64,000 nt of DNA from the human T2T-CHM13v2.0 reference genome, Homo sapiens, in NCBI RefSeq assembly GCF_009914755.1, contig NC_060931.1; one strand, given 5' to 3'. Position 1 is the stretch's first letter. Each line of letters begins with the position of its first letter. Shown here piece after piece: positions 20,270-36,353 of this stretch. The notes under the pieces were generated by a model, which saw nothing but the letters and a program-made list of their open reading frames with translations, was not told the origin of the DNA and did no database searches. Made by a program: the position numbers and the translations under genes.

Positions 20270-21721
20270 TGGTAAATCTGGAGGAAGAATTTTGCAGCAG
20301 AACCTGAGAAATAAAGATGATATGTTTTTTGTTTCAGACTAGTAAGGTGGGTTGGCCACCTCTCATCTAGCTCTTTAGGGCCACTCTAGGAACTCATCAA
20401 AATACAAGAATGACTGGGCTGATGTATGAGTGGAGTTTGACACATCACAAACCCTACCACTGGCTTCCACCTACCCTAACTCCTCCAGATCATTACATGA
20501 CAGCATTATAAAACCATTTGTAATCCAGGCAACATACCATGCTGCTTTAAGCCTCTGTGCCCATCCAGAGTTTCAATTCATTCTAATAAGAGATGTTGTT
20601 GCTTTCCCTTCACTCCTTCCATTTTCCCCACAGCCTAATCATTGTATCTTCCAAACCCTTGTTCTGTCTTCTGCTTTTCTGTGAGGTCTCCCCTCACTTA
20701 TAATCCTTTATGAAATGGGCCTATGCATGTTACTTGGTATACGCTTCCATTCTTCTATTCTAATAGAATCATTGATCTCCTCTTCTAGACTGTAAATTCT
20801 TTGAGACAATATCATACTCTGAATTCCCAGGACCTAGCTCAGTACTTGTATCTTAGCAGGTGCTCAGTAACTGGGAGGTGAATGAAATCTTTGAATGGGT
20901 ATGTTATGATTATTGATAATGCATGCCATGCTTCCTCTCTTTCATCTTATAGATTATGTCTGCTTTGAACTTTTATTATTTTTTGTAGACATCATCTTCT
21001 TAGTCTTTTGTCCTAGTTCAGAAAGGTAATTTCTTCCTACATATGGCCCCTTGAAGAGAAAAGGAACAGGTAGACCTGAGGAAGGTCTAATAAGAATCAG
21101 ACTCTAGTTTTTCTCCTGTTGCAGAAACTCAGTTTTACCATTGATTTTCCTGTTACCCCACAGGAGTTTGCTCAGCTGTCAATCAGGTGAATTATGATGA
21201 TCAAGTCTAGGGATGTTTTATCACCTACAAGGCAGTGGTGACAAAATGTGGCCAATCACCACAATGGTCTGGGGAGGGCTTGAATTACTGGGTTCAGGGC
21301 CTTAACCTGAACCTACCCAGTTAGGATTTCCACTGGGTGAGGCCTAAACAATGGGTATTCACTACTTGTGGATGTAAGCGTGTGTCTCTTACCCATGTAT
21401 GTGGCAACCTTCTCTGGAGATTTCAGGGCAACAGAATGGTTTACACTGTAGCATAGCAGAGAAAACACTTAAAACACTAGGTATCTTTATCTTTAGTCTT
21501 AAGAGTCCTTCGGCTATCCCCAACATCAGGAATTCCTCGTGACACCCGTGAATCTGAGAGTATAAACACAAGAGGGTGGTCACTTACCACTCCCTTATTT
21601 CTCCTTCTCCCAGAACCTCAAAATTCCTTCTATTTCATTAAGCAGAGCAATTATATTTATGTATTAAAAGTTCCCCAGGACATGCAGTTGATCAGCTAGA
21701 TAGGTACTTGACATATTGAAA

Positions 21722-21900
21722 ACACTGGCTTTCAACTCTGGCTAAACCTAGAACTTCCTTAGGTACTTTTATAAAACACTAATGCTTAGGATCCACACCT
21801 GACCAACTAGAGCACAGCCTCCAGGAGGCAGGCTTGGGCATTTCTTTATAGCATCCTAAGATGATTTTAACGAGCAGTTCAAGTTGAGAAGCACTGGCTT
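21722..21900. mobile_element. MER5-family fragment
   Basis: Degenerate MER5 ends (...caagttgagaagcactgg). Confidence 0.55.
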
Positions 21901-22220
21901 AGAATCTGAGAGAGAGAGAAATACATATGAAAAATACATAAGAAAAATCACAAAGAAATATTTGAAAATGAAAACCAATTATAGATGTTGAAGAAATTAA
22001 TACTGAATCAGTGACAAGATTAAAGCCTCATAAGATCATTTTTTAAAGTAAACTTTATATTATACATCATATATAGAATATATAATACAAAATAATAAAT
22101 GTAATTGCCATAAGATGCTTACTGAAAAGTACATGAAATCAGTTTTGAAGAGGATTAAAATATAAGGTCATAATTTAGTAGTTAAAAGAGCTTTTTCAAA
22201 TTTGCCATTTTCATTTAGGG

Positions 22221-22393
22221 CATTGGTTCTCAGCCATGGCTGCACATTGGAGTCACCTGGGCAGCTTTAAATACTGATGCCCGAGTCTATTTCCAGTGAT
22301 TCTGATTTAATTGGTCTGCAAAGCAGACAGGGATTGAGAGCTTAAGAAGCTCTCAGGTGATTCTATTGTATAGCAAAGGCTCAAAACCACTGA
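22221..22393. mobile_element. MER5B-like MITE
   Basis: ggttctc..ggctgcacattggagtcacctggg...gattctgatttaattggtctg...caggtgattcta...aaccactg. Confidence 0.75.
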
Positions 22394-22791
22394 CATAGGA
22401 GATGGCAAAACAAACACCCTCACCCACCCATCCATGTACCCAGCACCCAAACAAAAAGAAAAAAACTAAATAGGGTGTAAATAAATTCTGTGCAATGCAT
22501 TATAGCACTATCTTTACTTATGTGTGTCTGCAAAATATTTAATACAAATTACAAAAGAGTACTATTTAGCTTAGGTTTCTCAAGCAAAGTCTTGTTTCTA
22601 TGCTTATATTCTCACAACAAAAGAGAGTTGTGCGGAGGTGGGCAGTGCAACATCCACTATACTTCAGGCAAATGCAGTCTTAACTGTCACAACCATTTCA
22701 TTGTGGGTTTCAATTAGGAGCAAATCTCAAACAAATTTAGATCTCAAAACATAAGATGGATTTTCTAAAGCATTAAGATATGCACTATCTG

Positions 22792-22963
22792 TAGGGTTGC
22801 CAGAGAAAATATAGAAGGCTCAGTTAAATTTGCATATTAATCAAGAAATAATCTTTTAGTATGTCTCAAATATTGCATGGGATATAATTATATTAAAAAG
22901 TATTCTTTGTCTCAACTTTAACTGGGTATCTTGTATTTTTCTTTGCTAAATCTGGCAACCTTA
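22792..22963. mobile_element. MER53 palindromic hAT MITE
   Basis: TIRs TAGGGTTGCCAGA/TCTGGCAACCTTA; central ...AAATATTGCATGGGA...; 8-bp TSD ACTATCTG/ACTCTCTG. Confidence 0.85.
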
Positions 22964-23515
22964 ACTCTCTGTAGGTTAGGAAGAGACACAGAGAGGAGAC
23001 GATTCTCAAATATTTTTGAGATACTGGCACCCTGGCTATAATCTATGTCCTTTTTGAGATAGCTGGTTGGTAGTTCAAGGACATTTCAACTGGGAAAGGA
23101 AAGGAGAAGATGTTGTAATGAAAGGCTGTCCTTTCGGGGGACTTTTTATTTGCATCAACAATGATTAAATAATTAAAGCCTCGAAGGCTATCAATAACCA
23201 TCTTATCAGAGGCAGAGAGGCAAAGTAACCAAGGAACCAACACTAGGAGATCAAATAACCAGACTCTTATATGACAGATAATGAGCTTCCAGTGTGCTGA
23301 TTGAAATTATAAATCACCAAATTGTAAAAGTACACAAATCCTTACATGAGAAAAGTCACTTACTAAGATCACCTAAAGGGACACATCTTCTGGCAGGTCC
23401 TCAAACACAAAATACTAATGACAGCAAAGCAAATTGACCTAGAGCTTCAAGGTCCATTTCGCCACAGGCAGGAAGGGAGGAATTTGAAGGTAACTTAGAA
23501 CATTTTTCATCATAG

Positions 23516-23818
<303 letters not shown>

Positions 23819-24039
23819 TCATCATAGATTTTAAAATCTAAATTTATCGTAACTCCCTCACTTTGTAGATGAGAAAATGGATCCATCTACACTCACTTGG
23901 GGGTAAGAGGCTTATCCAAAAATATTTGCAAAACACAAACCCTGTCTCCTATTCAAAGTAGTCTTTAAACGGCATCTCTGATACTTATAAAATATTGCCA
24001 TGATAAATATTTATAAATAAAAAAATAACAAAATGGTAA

Positions 24040-24612
<573 letters not shown>

Positions 24613-24998
24613 TAATAATTCTAGAATCTGTATTTTTTTAAAGCTCATGGAGTGAGACTGATGCACAACCTATTGGGAAAATAGATTGTGAGCCTCATGA
24701 AAGGAGAAACGCAATACTAATTTCTGTACAGTGATTGGTACTTAGGGCTAAAAAATGCTTGCTGAATGAACATATAAAAATAATTTGCCTGAGTCTTAGT
24801 TTCCTCATCTTTATTAACTTTTAAACCACTTTATTGAGATATGACTGACATACAAAAAGCTGTATATACTTAGTGTATACAAGTTGATAAGTTTGGAGGA
24901 ATCTATGCCATAAATATATCCATCACCTCCAAAAGTTTGCTTTTTCTCTTAATTTATTATTATTTTGTGATAAGAACACAAGGTCTACCCTGCCAGTA

Positions 24999-25308
<310 letters not shown>

Positions 25309-26340
25309 TGTTAGTGCATTTTTAAGTGTACAGCAGTGGGTGGTTAACTGCAGGTACTATGCTGTACTGTAGATCTCTAGGATTTCTCCATCTTGCATAA
25401 TTTTCACTTGGTTTCCTTTGATTAATTTCTCCCCATTTTTCTCTCCTCCCAGTCCCTGGAAATTACTATTCTCTGCTTCTATGTTTCCTTATCTTTAAAT
25501 GTTTCCAGTGACAACATTCTGGGAACAGTATCTGGCAAGTTTCAAAATGCCAATTAAATCTCTTGGTGCTTAAACTAGCTAGAATGGATTCAGTTGTCTG
25601 AAACTAAGAGCCATCATCAGTAAAGTAATGCTTTTCTTTAAGTTTTGAAATTGTATTTTTCTCTGTGAACCGGAGGTATCAGAAAAGAGTGAGTAAGGGC
25701 ATTCATCCATCTACTCAAAATAATTTACACATTTATAACTTTAATAATGCATATATTAACCTTTTAATCTCAAATATGCAAGCACATGCCCAAGCTTACT
25801 ACGTCTTTCACATGACTTCTCTATGGGCCTCAATATAAACAACAAAAATAAATTTTACTATGAATTTTTTCAACATTGCCCTGAGCAACAGGATGTGAAC
25901 TTTTCTATAATGTACACAGCAAATAGCAAAAGTCTCATGAATTAGAACCCAGAAAAAACATATTTTCACTTATGGCTTTATCAGCCTTTCCTAAAAGGAA
26001 TTTGAAAAGCTGTTTTCTATTCTTACTACTTTTTGGACTGTTAGCAATAACCAGAATATATTATCTATCTGTTTTCCCTTATTAACTATCATTGATTAAT
26101 TATAGTGGCTCAATATGTAGAAAGAGCAAAAGGCCCTAAGACCTATGCAAGCTGGTTTTGAATGTAGACTGCAAGCTCGATGAGGGCAGGACTGTTATTT
26201 CTGAGCATCAAGTGCACAGCCTGGCATGCAGCTGGCTAGCAGACATTTGTTGGCTGAATGATCTTGAGTGAGTGGCAGGGGCCAAGGTTGCCATAGCATG
26301 TAGTCTTGTGCTGTGCCCATCCTTTCCCTCTTCTTTTATA

Positions 26341-26395
26341 TTAGGTTGGTGCAAAAGTGATTGTGGTTTTTGCCATTACTTTCAGAGGCAAAAAC
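26341..26395. mobile_element. MADE1 (Hsmar1-derived MITE), right arm truncated
   Basis: TA|TTAGGTTGGTGCAAAAGT.ATTG.GGTTTTTGCCATTACTTT...GGCAAAAAC. Confidence 0.85.
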
Positions 26396-26517
26396 AATAC
26401 TTATCCACTCCCCTTAAATTCCTCTGCCAAAGGACTCTTACACGTTAATATCCGTAGAGGCAATACCACATGCAGAGCCTAGGGTTCAGGACTGTGTTTG
26501 AAGGCTGGAAATGGCAC

Positions 26518-26832
<315 letters not shown>

Positions 26833-27751
26833 TAGAGCTTCATGTTTTTTTGCAAGATATACAAGCTTTCTGTACCCTAATTTCCTTATCTGTAAATGGC
26901 AGCTGGGAGTACAGGCTATGGAATGACATAGACCTCAATTCAAGTCCTGGTTCTGCCACCATGGTGGGACATCTGGTGAGTTACTTGATCTAAGTAGGGT
27001 GACCAAGGTCCTGGCTTCTGCCTGCTGTTCCAGAGAGGATGGCTTTGGAGAGGATACTGGATTTGAAGTGGCTCTCAAATAATGGATAGAAGGCAAAAAG
27101 GCAGGCACGTGATTTTGCATAGAGATGTGAAAAGGTAAACGCTAATAAGACATGTTCATGGAATACCAAAGGTACTGGTAGAAATCGTGCTTTGGGTGGT
27201 TACAGGAAATAAAACTGGAGAGGTCAAGTAGGATCAGATCTTTTAAGTCCATGAAAGGCAGGATGCAGGTTCCAATTTGCAGCCATGGGCTCTTGTTATT
27301 TGACCATACCCCAGTCCTCCTTTGTCCTATACAGAGCTACTGCTCAAAATCACTCTACCACGGATAAATTATTCCATACCACTAAATAAGTTGAATCCCT
27401 TCCAGCACTAATTTGCTGTGACTCCCTAAATTAATAAATAGCAAGATTTATTTTCCAGCCAGAAACACTTGAAAGATCTTTAACGCTCATAAGATATGCC
27501 TTTAGAATTTTCTTTGAGGTAAAAAGCTCAGTAATTCAAAGTGGTGCTTAGGTTTGAATGACAGATACTTCAATAGAAAAGAGTTCTCTAAGCAAAAATG
27601 AAAGAAGAAGCTACTGGTTGACTAGTCATTTCTTTTTCCAACATAATATACACATGATAAAATTGCAAGTATTATGAAATAACTAATAATGAAAAGCAAT
27701 ACTTTTCCATCCCATTCTCCCCAACTTTAGTTCTATTTCCTGAAGCAGCCA

Positions 27752-28076
<325 letters not shown>

Positions 28077-28367
28077 TAAAATCATTTTTAATATTAATTC
28101 TTCTGGTGAGTTTATTATTAACTCTAAATCAGCAATTCTCAGAAAGAGAAACTGGTATTTCAGGTGGGATTTGTATGAGATAGTTCTGTGCATTTAGCAT
28201 CTCTCTTCTTGACATTAAATGCTAGTAGCATTCTCCATCCACAGGATACACTTCCCAATCTTTCCTGGAATCGAGAACTACTGCTCTAAGTAATAAAATT
28301 ATATGGCTTTTTTTTTTTACTTATCAAGTTTAGACATTATTCACGAATGCTTACCATGAAAAATTAA

Positions 28368-28663
<296 letters not shown>

Positions 28664-29904
28664 TAACATTTAAGTCTCCTTACTCACTTCTATTTTTGCT
28701 AAATTATATTACTATTTTTAATTTCTTTACCTATAAAACCAATATATACTGATTTATTCTCCCTTTTCTCTTTCCTTCTGGAATTTCTATTTGACATTTG
28801 TTGGAGCTTCTCCTGTCATTGTGTGCTTTAACCTCTTACATTTTACAGCTTTTTATCTCATTGGGTTGATTACAGATAGTCTTCTCAGATTTAACTTCCA
28901 GTTTAATAATCTACTTTTGGCTCTAATACATTAAGTAGGACATTAATTTTTTAAAAATATTTAAAGCCTATATTTTTCATTTCTATACTTTTTGAAATCA
29001 ACTTGTTCTAATTTCATAGTGTTGCATTTTCCCTTTTGTTTTCAATTCTCTTTATTCTTTCAATAATTTTTAACACACTTCTGATCTTGTTCATCTATTT
29101 CCATTGTTTTAAATTCTTGGGGATCTGATTCTTCTGCTTGTTCTGTTTGCTGACACTCCCTTGCAGTGATTTGTAGGTTTTTAAAATTCTGAGTCATATT
29201 TAATTGTGGAAGGGGAGGAGTGGTTCTGTGGATGTTCCATGTACACTTAAGTCGTGATGTGTTTTTAGACACTTTCATGTCTACTCTGCTAGGGTTATGG
29301 TGGTTTTAGTGGGTCCTGGACATTTTCACTACTGTTGGTGTTTGTTTAATATGGTTTGAGGCTTCTGAACCACAGAGGAAGTATAATTTTGAACCTAATT
29401 TCTGAATGAGGCACAGGCCCAGGGTTTTGTTTGTTCAAGGGTGACTTTCTTTTTTTAACTTTCACTCAAGGCCTACAAGACTTCCTTGTTTCCCTAAGTA
29501 GTGGTTAGAGTTTGCCTAATACTCTATTAATGGACTAGACAGGTCTTTAGAGCTCCAGGCTTATCCAGTGTTTCAATTCCATGGTCCTGGTCTCCTGTGG
29601 GCCTGAAGCCAAATTTTCTTTCCAGGTTTGAATGATACAACTTCATCATTCAACACTCTAGGGTCTATATTCCACAGAAAAATTCCTATGGCTTGGGCTG
29701 CATGTAGGATTTCTTATTATTATTGTTCTTTTTTAAACATTTTTCTCTGCATTCTTCTGACAGTCTTTATTTCAAGGTTATTTGAACATTTGTTATGTTT
29801 TATCCTTCATTTTTGTGTGTTTGTCCTGGAGGGAGATCTGAATGAGTCAGCTTCGCCCTCTGTGTTGCTAGAAGTGCCATCATCATCAGCATCATCATTT
29901 TTTT

Positions 29905-30000
29905 AGGCTAGTCAAGTGAAGCAGTGGGAATGTAGAAGGAACAAAGAAATCAGTAACTGGTTGTATAAATCAGTTGTAAATACCACTGCACTTGGACCAG
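29905..30000 (-). pseudogene. Y RNA (RNY3/hY3) pseudogene, copy 1
   Basis: Reverse complement matches hY3 (CTGGTCC.AGTGCAGTGGT...CTGCTTCACTTGACTAGCCT); decayed A-tail at 29878-29904. Confidence 0.92.
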
Positions 30001-30130
30001 GAAGAATTTCCATTATTTCTATAACTATGTGAATATTGTTCACTGCTACTTCTACCTATAAAAGGAAATGCATTTAATTCTTCTTAAAGTCATTCTTCTT
30101 GAGCTCACTATCTGCCCTAATTTGTATTAA

Positions 30131-30441
30131 TTTTTTTTTCTTTCTTTTTTTTTTTTTTTTTGAGACAGAGTCTCACTCTGTCGCCCAGGCTGGTGTGCAG
30201 TGATGCGATCTGGGCTCACTGCAAGCTCCATCTCCCGGGTTCATGCCATTCTCCTGCCTCAGTCTCCTGAGTAGCTGGGACTACAGGTGCCCGCCACCAC
30301 ACCCGGCTAATTTTTGTATTTTTAGTAGAGACAGGGTTTCACCGTGTTAGCCAGGATGGTCTTGATCTCCTGACCTCGTGATCTGCCCATCTCAGCCTCC
30401 CAAAGTGCTGGGATTACAGGCGTGAGCCACTGCGCCTGGCC
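30131..30441 (-). mobile_element. AluY-like
   Basis: gcaagctcc...ggttcatgccattctcc; gttagccaggatggtc; TSD TGTATTAATTTTT. Confidence 0.92.
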
Positions 30442-31079
30442 TGTATTAATTTTTTCTAAGCCTGGTGAACATCTGTCAACCTACAGTTTATTTCATTGCA
30501 ATTGTGGATTAGCTCCACTCTTTCTAATTCCACAGCTTCCTCCTCCTTGCTTTATACCCTCATTTTGCTGGAGTGCATCCTTAGGCAACTGCTTTAGAAA
30601 AGGTACTCAGAAGTAAACGGCCTGAGTCTTTGAATGTCTGAAAATGTCTTCATTTCACCCTCACGCTTGATAAGTTACTGACAATATGATTCTAAGTTCA
30701 AAATCATTTTTCCTTACAAATTTAAAGCCATTGCTCTATTAAAATCCAGTTTCCTCATGAGAAGCCTTATGTTAATCTTAAACGACTTTATTTTTCCTTT
30801 CAGAAAGTTTTAGGAATCTCTGTGTATTCTTGACTTGGAAATTTTGTAACAATTGTATCTCTGCATGTTTTTTCATTCACTTGATGGGCCTTTTAACCTC
30901 ACACTTTTCCTCAACTACAGGAACTTTTTTTCCTAGCATTTAATTGTCAATTTCTTACCTTTTATTTTCTTTGTTTTCTATCTCAGAAAACAAAGATTTT
31001 CTTACTGGATTGCTTCTGTCTCTCCTCTTTTCTAGCATATTCTTTCTTTCTTCAAAATTTGGTTGTGCATTCCAAGAGA

Positions 31080-31390
31080 TTATTTTTATTTATTTATTTA
31101 TTTATTTATTGAGACAAAGTCTCACTCTATTGCCCAGGCTGGAGTGCAGTGGCGCGACCTCAGCTCACTGAAACCTCTGCCTCCTGGGTTCAAGTGATTC
31201 TCCTGCCTCAGCCTTCTGAGTAGCTGGGAGTACAGGAGTGCGCCACCACGCCCAGCCAATTTTTGTATTTTTAGTAAAGACGGGGTTTCACCGTTTTGGC
31301 CAGGCTGGTCTCGAACTCCTGACCTCGTGATCTGCCCACCTCAGCCTCCCAAAGTGATGGGATTACAGGCGTGAGCCACTGCACCTGGCC
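31080..31390 (-). mobile_element. AluS with (TTTA)n tail inserted in an L1ME remnant (~30490-32340)
   Basis: Alu consensus; degenerate TSD CATTCCAAGAGATTT/CATTACAGGAGATTT. Confidence 0.9.
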
Positions 31391-31437
31391 CATTACAGGA
31401 GATTTAAAAATCATTATTGTTATTAATATTATTATTT

Positions 31438-31531
31438 AGGCTAGTCAAGTGAAGCAGTGGAAATGAAGGAACAAAGAAATCAGTAACTGGTTGTGATCAA
31501 TTAGTTGTAAACACCACTGGACTTGGACCAG
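31438..31531 (-). pseudogene. Y RNA (RNY3/hY3) pseudogene, copy 2
   Basis: Same hY3 match with a 3-nt deletion; decayed (TAA)n-like tail at ~31412-31437. Confidence 0.92.
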
Positions 31532-33137
31532 GAAGAATTTCCATTATTAGCCTTCTAGTAAATTATTTTTATTTTAGTTATTTAAAAAAATGTTCAACAT
31601 CTTTTTTATTTTCTGATTGCTCTTTCTGAATAACATCACGCTTTTGTTGTGTGGAAACAACAACTCTAATCATGCTAAGAGTGCTCAGATTTTTAAAAAA
31701 GGCGATTTTCTTTTCCCTGAATGATCTCTCCTCTGGCAATAGTAATTGTTTATCTTGATGTTTCTTTTTCATGCTTCTTCATATGTCAGGTTATTCTTGG
31801 TTATATAATTTCTTTATAAATTAAGGATTTCGTTTGTTTTTCTGGTTGATTTGTGCCACTTTCTTCCACTGTCATGTATATAAGTGTCTCCAGGATAGGA
31901 CTCTTCCCTGAACGAAATGAACATTAACAGCCTTTGTGTACCGGAGTGGGCTTTGTTGATAGCTAGTTATACTTTGGGTGAAGAGGCAAGAGCTAGCCTT
32001 TTAGCCAGGGCCCACCCTCTTTCTAAATGCCAGAAAGAGAAAAGATTTACTCTATGGTGCCAATACTCTAGAGAAGCCCTACTTCACTATAACTAGTCCA
32101 TGAAGACTTTCCATTAATCTCGTTGCTCATGCATGCTCCCCATTGCTGCTAACTCCATACAGGGGGTTCTTTCTAGGGGATCACTTGCACTCCGAGGGTG
32201 GTCCTTTTTGTACAAATTCTTGGTTCTGTTTAATCAGTAATTTGCTTCCAAGCATTTTCATATCCCATTATCTTCAGAGTTCTTCCCCCTTTGTATCTTT
32301 TACGGTCATTTTAATGGAGTTTTAGGATAGAGAGTAAGCAAGTACTTATGCTTGGCCTGTCATCTTTAACATTTGACTTGTTATTATTGACCATTTTGTA
32401 AACTGGGCATTTGTACGCTAAAATTTATAAAACACATTTTAATATAAAATATATAGGTGTATGGAGAAAGTTTTGAAAGTATTTACCATAACATGGTAAA
32501 CAGAGGTTATGTTTGATGGTAGAATTATGAGTAATTTTATTTTTTTTGCTTATCTGTATTTTCTAAAATTTCCATAGTAGGCACTATTATTTTAGCAACA
32601 CACATTATAAGCCTAAGTGTTAAGTGTTGATAATAGGAGTAATAGTTAAGATATTTTCTGTTATCGTCTCAGGAAAGAAGTCTGAAAATTCAGGAGACCC
32701 TTGGCATTTGAGACGAAAGCGCAAGTTAGGTCCAGAGACCCCTGAGAATCCTGAGATTTGAGACCAGCATTAAGTGAAAGGGGAATAGGCGAGTTTCTGG
32801 ACTGATTTAACAAAATCAGGCTTATGATTTTGTTACATGCTTCACATACAACCCTAAGAGGCAGGTACTATTTTCTAAACTACCAATTAAACGTATCAGG
32901 CCCCTTCAGATTTGCTCCCCACTGATAGTTGAAACCCAAACTGCTAAGCATCTACTGAAGGAGTCATAAACCAATACCACCAATACCAATACAAGGAGCC
33001 AGGTAGTTAATGAAAATGACAGAAGTGGACAAGGTGTCTAAGCCAATCTAGAAAGCATGTGCCAAGCCCAAAGTGGTCAGCTGCTATCCAGGTATTGCTG
33101 AATGTTGGGTAGGGCTTCCATTTAAAACTTTTCTTTA

Positions 33138-34790
33138 GACAGTCTCTTCAATAAATGGTGCTGGGAAAACTGGCTATCCACATGCAGAAGAGTGAAATTG
33201 GATCCTTTTCTCATACTATATGCAAAAACCAACTCAAAATGGATTAAAGACTTAAAAGTTGAGACCTAAAACTGTAAATCTACTAAAAGAAAATGGGGGA
33301 AAGCTCCATGATGCTGGTCTAGGCAATGATTTTCTGGATATGGCTCCAAAGTCACAGACAACAAAAGCAAAAACAGACAAATGGAATGGCATCAAACTAA
33401 GGCTCTGCACAGCAAAGGAAACAACAAAATGAGGAGACAACCCACAGAATGGGAGTAAGTATTTGCAAACCACACATCTGACAAGTGCTTAATATCTAAA
33501 ATATATAAGGAACTCAAACAACCTGATAGCAAGAAAACAAATAACACAATTAAAAAATGGGCAAAGGACCAGAATAGATATTTCTCAAAAGACGCAGAAG
33601 TGGCCAAGAGGTACATGAAAAAATGTCCAGCATTACCAATATTTAGGGAAATGCACTTTAAAAACACAATGATACATAATGTCACCTGTTAGAATGGCCT
33701 TCATCAAAAAGATGAATGATAACAAGTGTTGGTGAGCATGCAGAGAAAACAGAACTCTTACACATTGTTGGTGGGAGTGTATATTAGTACAACCATTATG
33801 GAAAATGCTATGACAGTTCCTCAGAAAACTGAAAATAGAACTACCATATGATCCAACAATCCCACTTCTGGGTATATATCCAAAGGAGTTGAAATCAATA
33901 CGTCAAAGGGATATCTGCATTCCCATGTTTATTACAGCATTATTCACAATAGCTAAGACATGGAACCAATTTAAGTGTTCATTGATGGATGAATGAATAA
34001 AGAAAATGTGGTACATAGACACAGTGAAATATGATTCAGCCTTAAAAAAGAAAGAAATCATGTTATTTGTGATAATATGGATGAATCTGGAGGATATGAT
34101 GCTATGTGAAAAAAGCCAGGTACAGAAAGACAAATACCACATCATCTCACTTACATGTGGAATCTAAAAAACTCACAGAAATAGAGAGTAGAATGGTGTT
34201 GACCAGAGGCTAGGTCATGGGTGGGAGGGAAGGAATGGGGAATTGTTGACTGAAGGGTACAAAGTTTAAGATAGACAAGAATAGGTTTTGAGAGCGATTG
34301 CACAGCAGGAGGACTGTGTGTTTTGTTGGGTCTGCACATTGCTTCATGAAAATTTGCATTGGTTTCCAACATTTAAAAATTGAGAAAGTTTTTATTAAAA
34401 TGTAGTTTCAAGTTCTCCTTCCAAACTCATGTTCTATATGAAGTTCTAGAATAGGCAAAACTAATCTATGGTGATGGAAATCATAACTGTGACTTCAGCC
34501 CTCTATATCCATAGGAGAGTGGTGCCAGGACGCCACAAGGATATCAAAATCCACAGATGTTCAAGTCCCTAGTTGGCCCTCTCTATCTGCAGAACCTGTG
34601 GATACAAAGGGTCAACTGTATATTTTAAAAAAAACTAAGAGTAAATTTCAAATTATAAAAACCAGGTAAGTAAGCAGGTTAGTGGATATGTTAGCTTGAT
34701 TTAATAATTCTCCATTGTATACATATATCAAAACATCACATTGTACCCATAAATATATAAAATTATAATTTATCAGTTAAAATATTCGTC
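33138..34790 (+). mobile_element. L1MA 3' end (ORF2 C-terminus and 3'UTR), interrupted at 34314-34620
   Basis: gacagtctcttcaataaatggtgctgggaaaactgg...atcacattgtacccataaatatata. Confidence 0.85.
34495..34620. mobile_element. MER2/Tigger-family remnant
   Basis: ccctc..tatcc...ccaggac...caaaatccacagatg.tcaagtccct...ggatac..agggtcaactgTA. Confidence 0.7.
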
Positions 34791-34825
34791 ATAATTTTAA
34801 AAAAATTTCTTTATATTGAGATTTC

Positions 34826-35097
<272 letters not shown>

Positions 35098-35786
35098 TGA
35101 GATTTCATGTACACATAGTGAACTATACAGATCAGTATATGGTTTAATGAGTTTACTGTGCATTTCAGACTACTAGAAATAGAATCTTTCATTATCTAGA
35201 AATTTCCCTTCTGTCCCTACCCAGTCAATCTCTGATGTGTCGGCAACTATAGTTCTGATTTCTATCACCATAGATCAGTTTTGCCTATTCTAGAACTTCA
35301 TCAGGAACATGAATTTGGAAGGAAAACTTGAAAATACATTTTAATAAAAAATTTCTCAATTTTTAAATGTTGGAAACCAATCCACATTTTCATGAAACAA
35401 TGTGCAGACCCAACAAAACACATAGGTTCAACTATGCTCAACAGCAACACAACCACTTTGTGTCTGGTCTGCAGTATAAACTAAGAATACATTTTGCATA
35501 AGTTTATTATGATTTATTTCATGACTATTGGTTTGGGTGCTACCTGACAGTTTTTATTCTTTAGCAACTAGCAGCACATTTCTTAGAACAGGAGGGGCAG
35601 ACTTATCTTCAGGGCAACAAGGAGAAAGGGAAACCGAAGCCCTCTCTGCAGCCAGCCTTGGGGGAAAGGAAGCACAAGGGGAGGAATGGGAAGAGGCTAA
35701 TTTGGAGAGGAAAGGAAAACTGGGGGGACTATCCAGGAGGTATAACAAGGAAGAAAGAGAACACAGGCTGCTGCTGTTTCAACTAA

Positions 35787-36353
<567 letters not shown>

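Noticed and set aside
26287-26300. Second X-box-like motif GTTGCCATAGCATG
   Set aside because: Right half-site is degenerate and it lies next to L2-like sequence; weak
26341-26395. miR-548-type hairpin from MADE1
   Set aside because: Right arm truncated, leaving only ~9 bp of stem
29905-31531. Functional Y RNA genes
   Set aside because: No recognisable upstream PSE/TATA, 5' GG missing, internal mutations and tail remnants indicate pseudogenes
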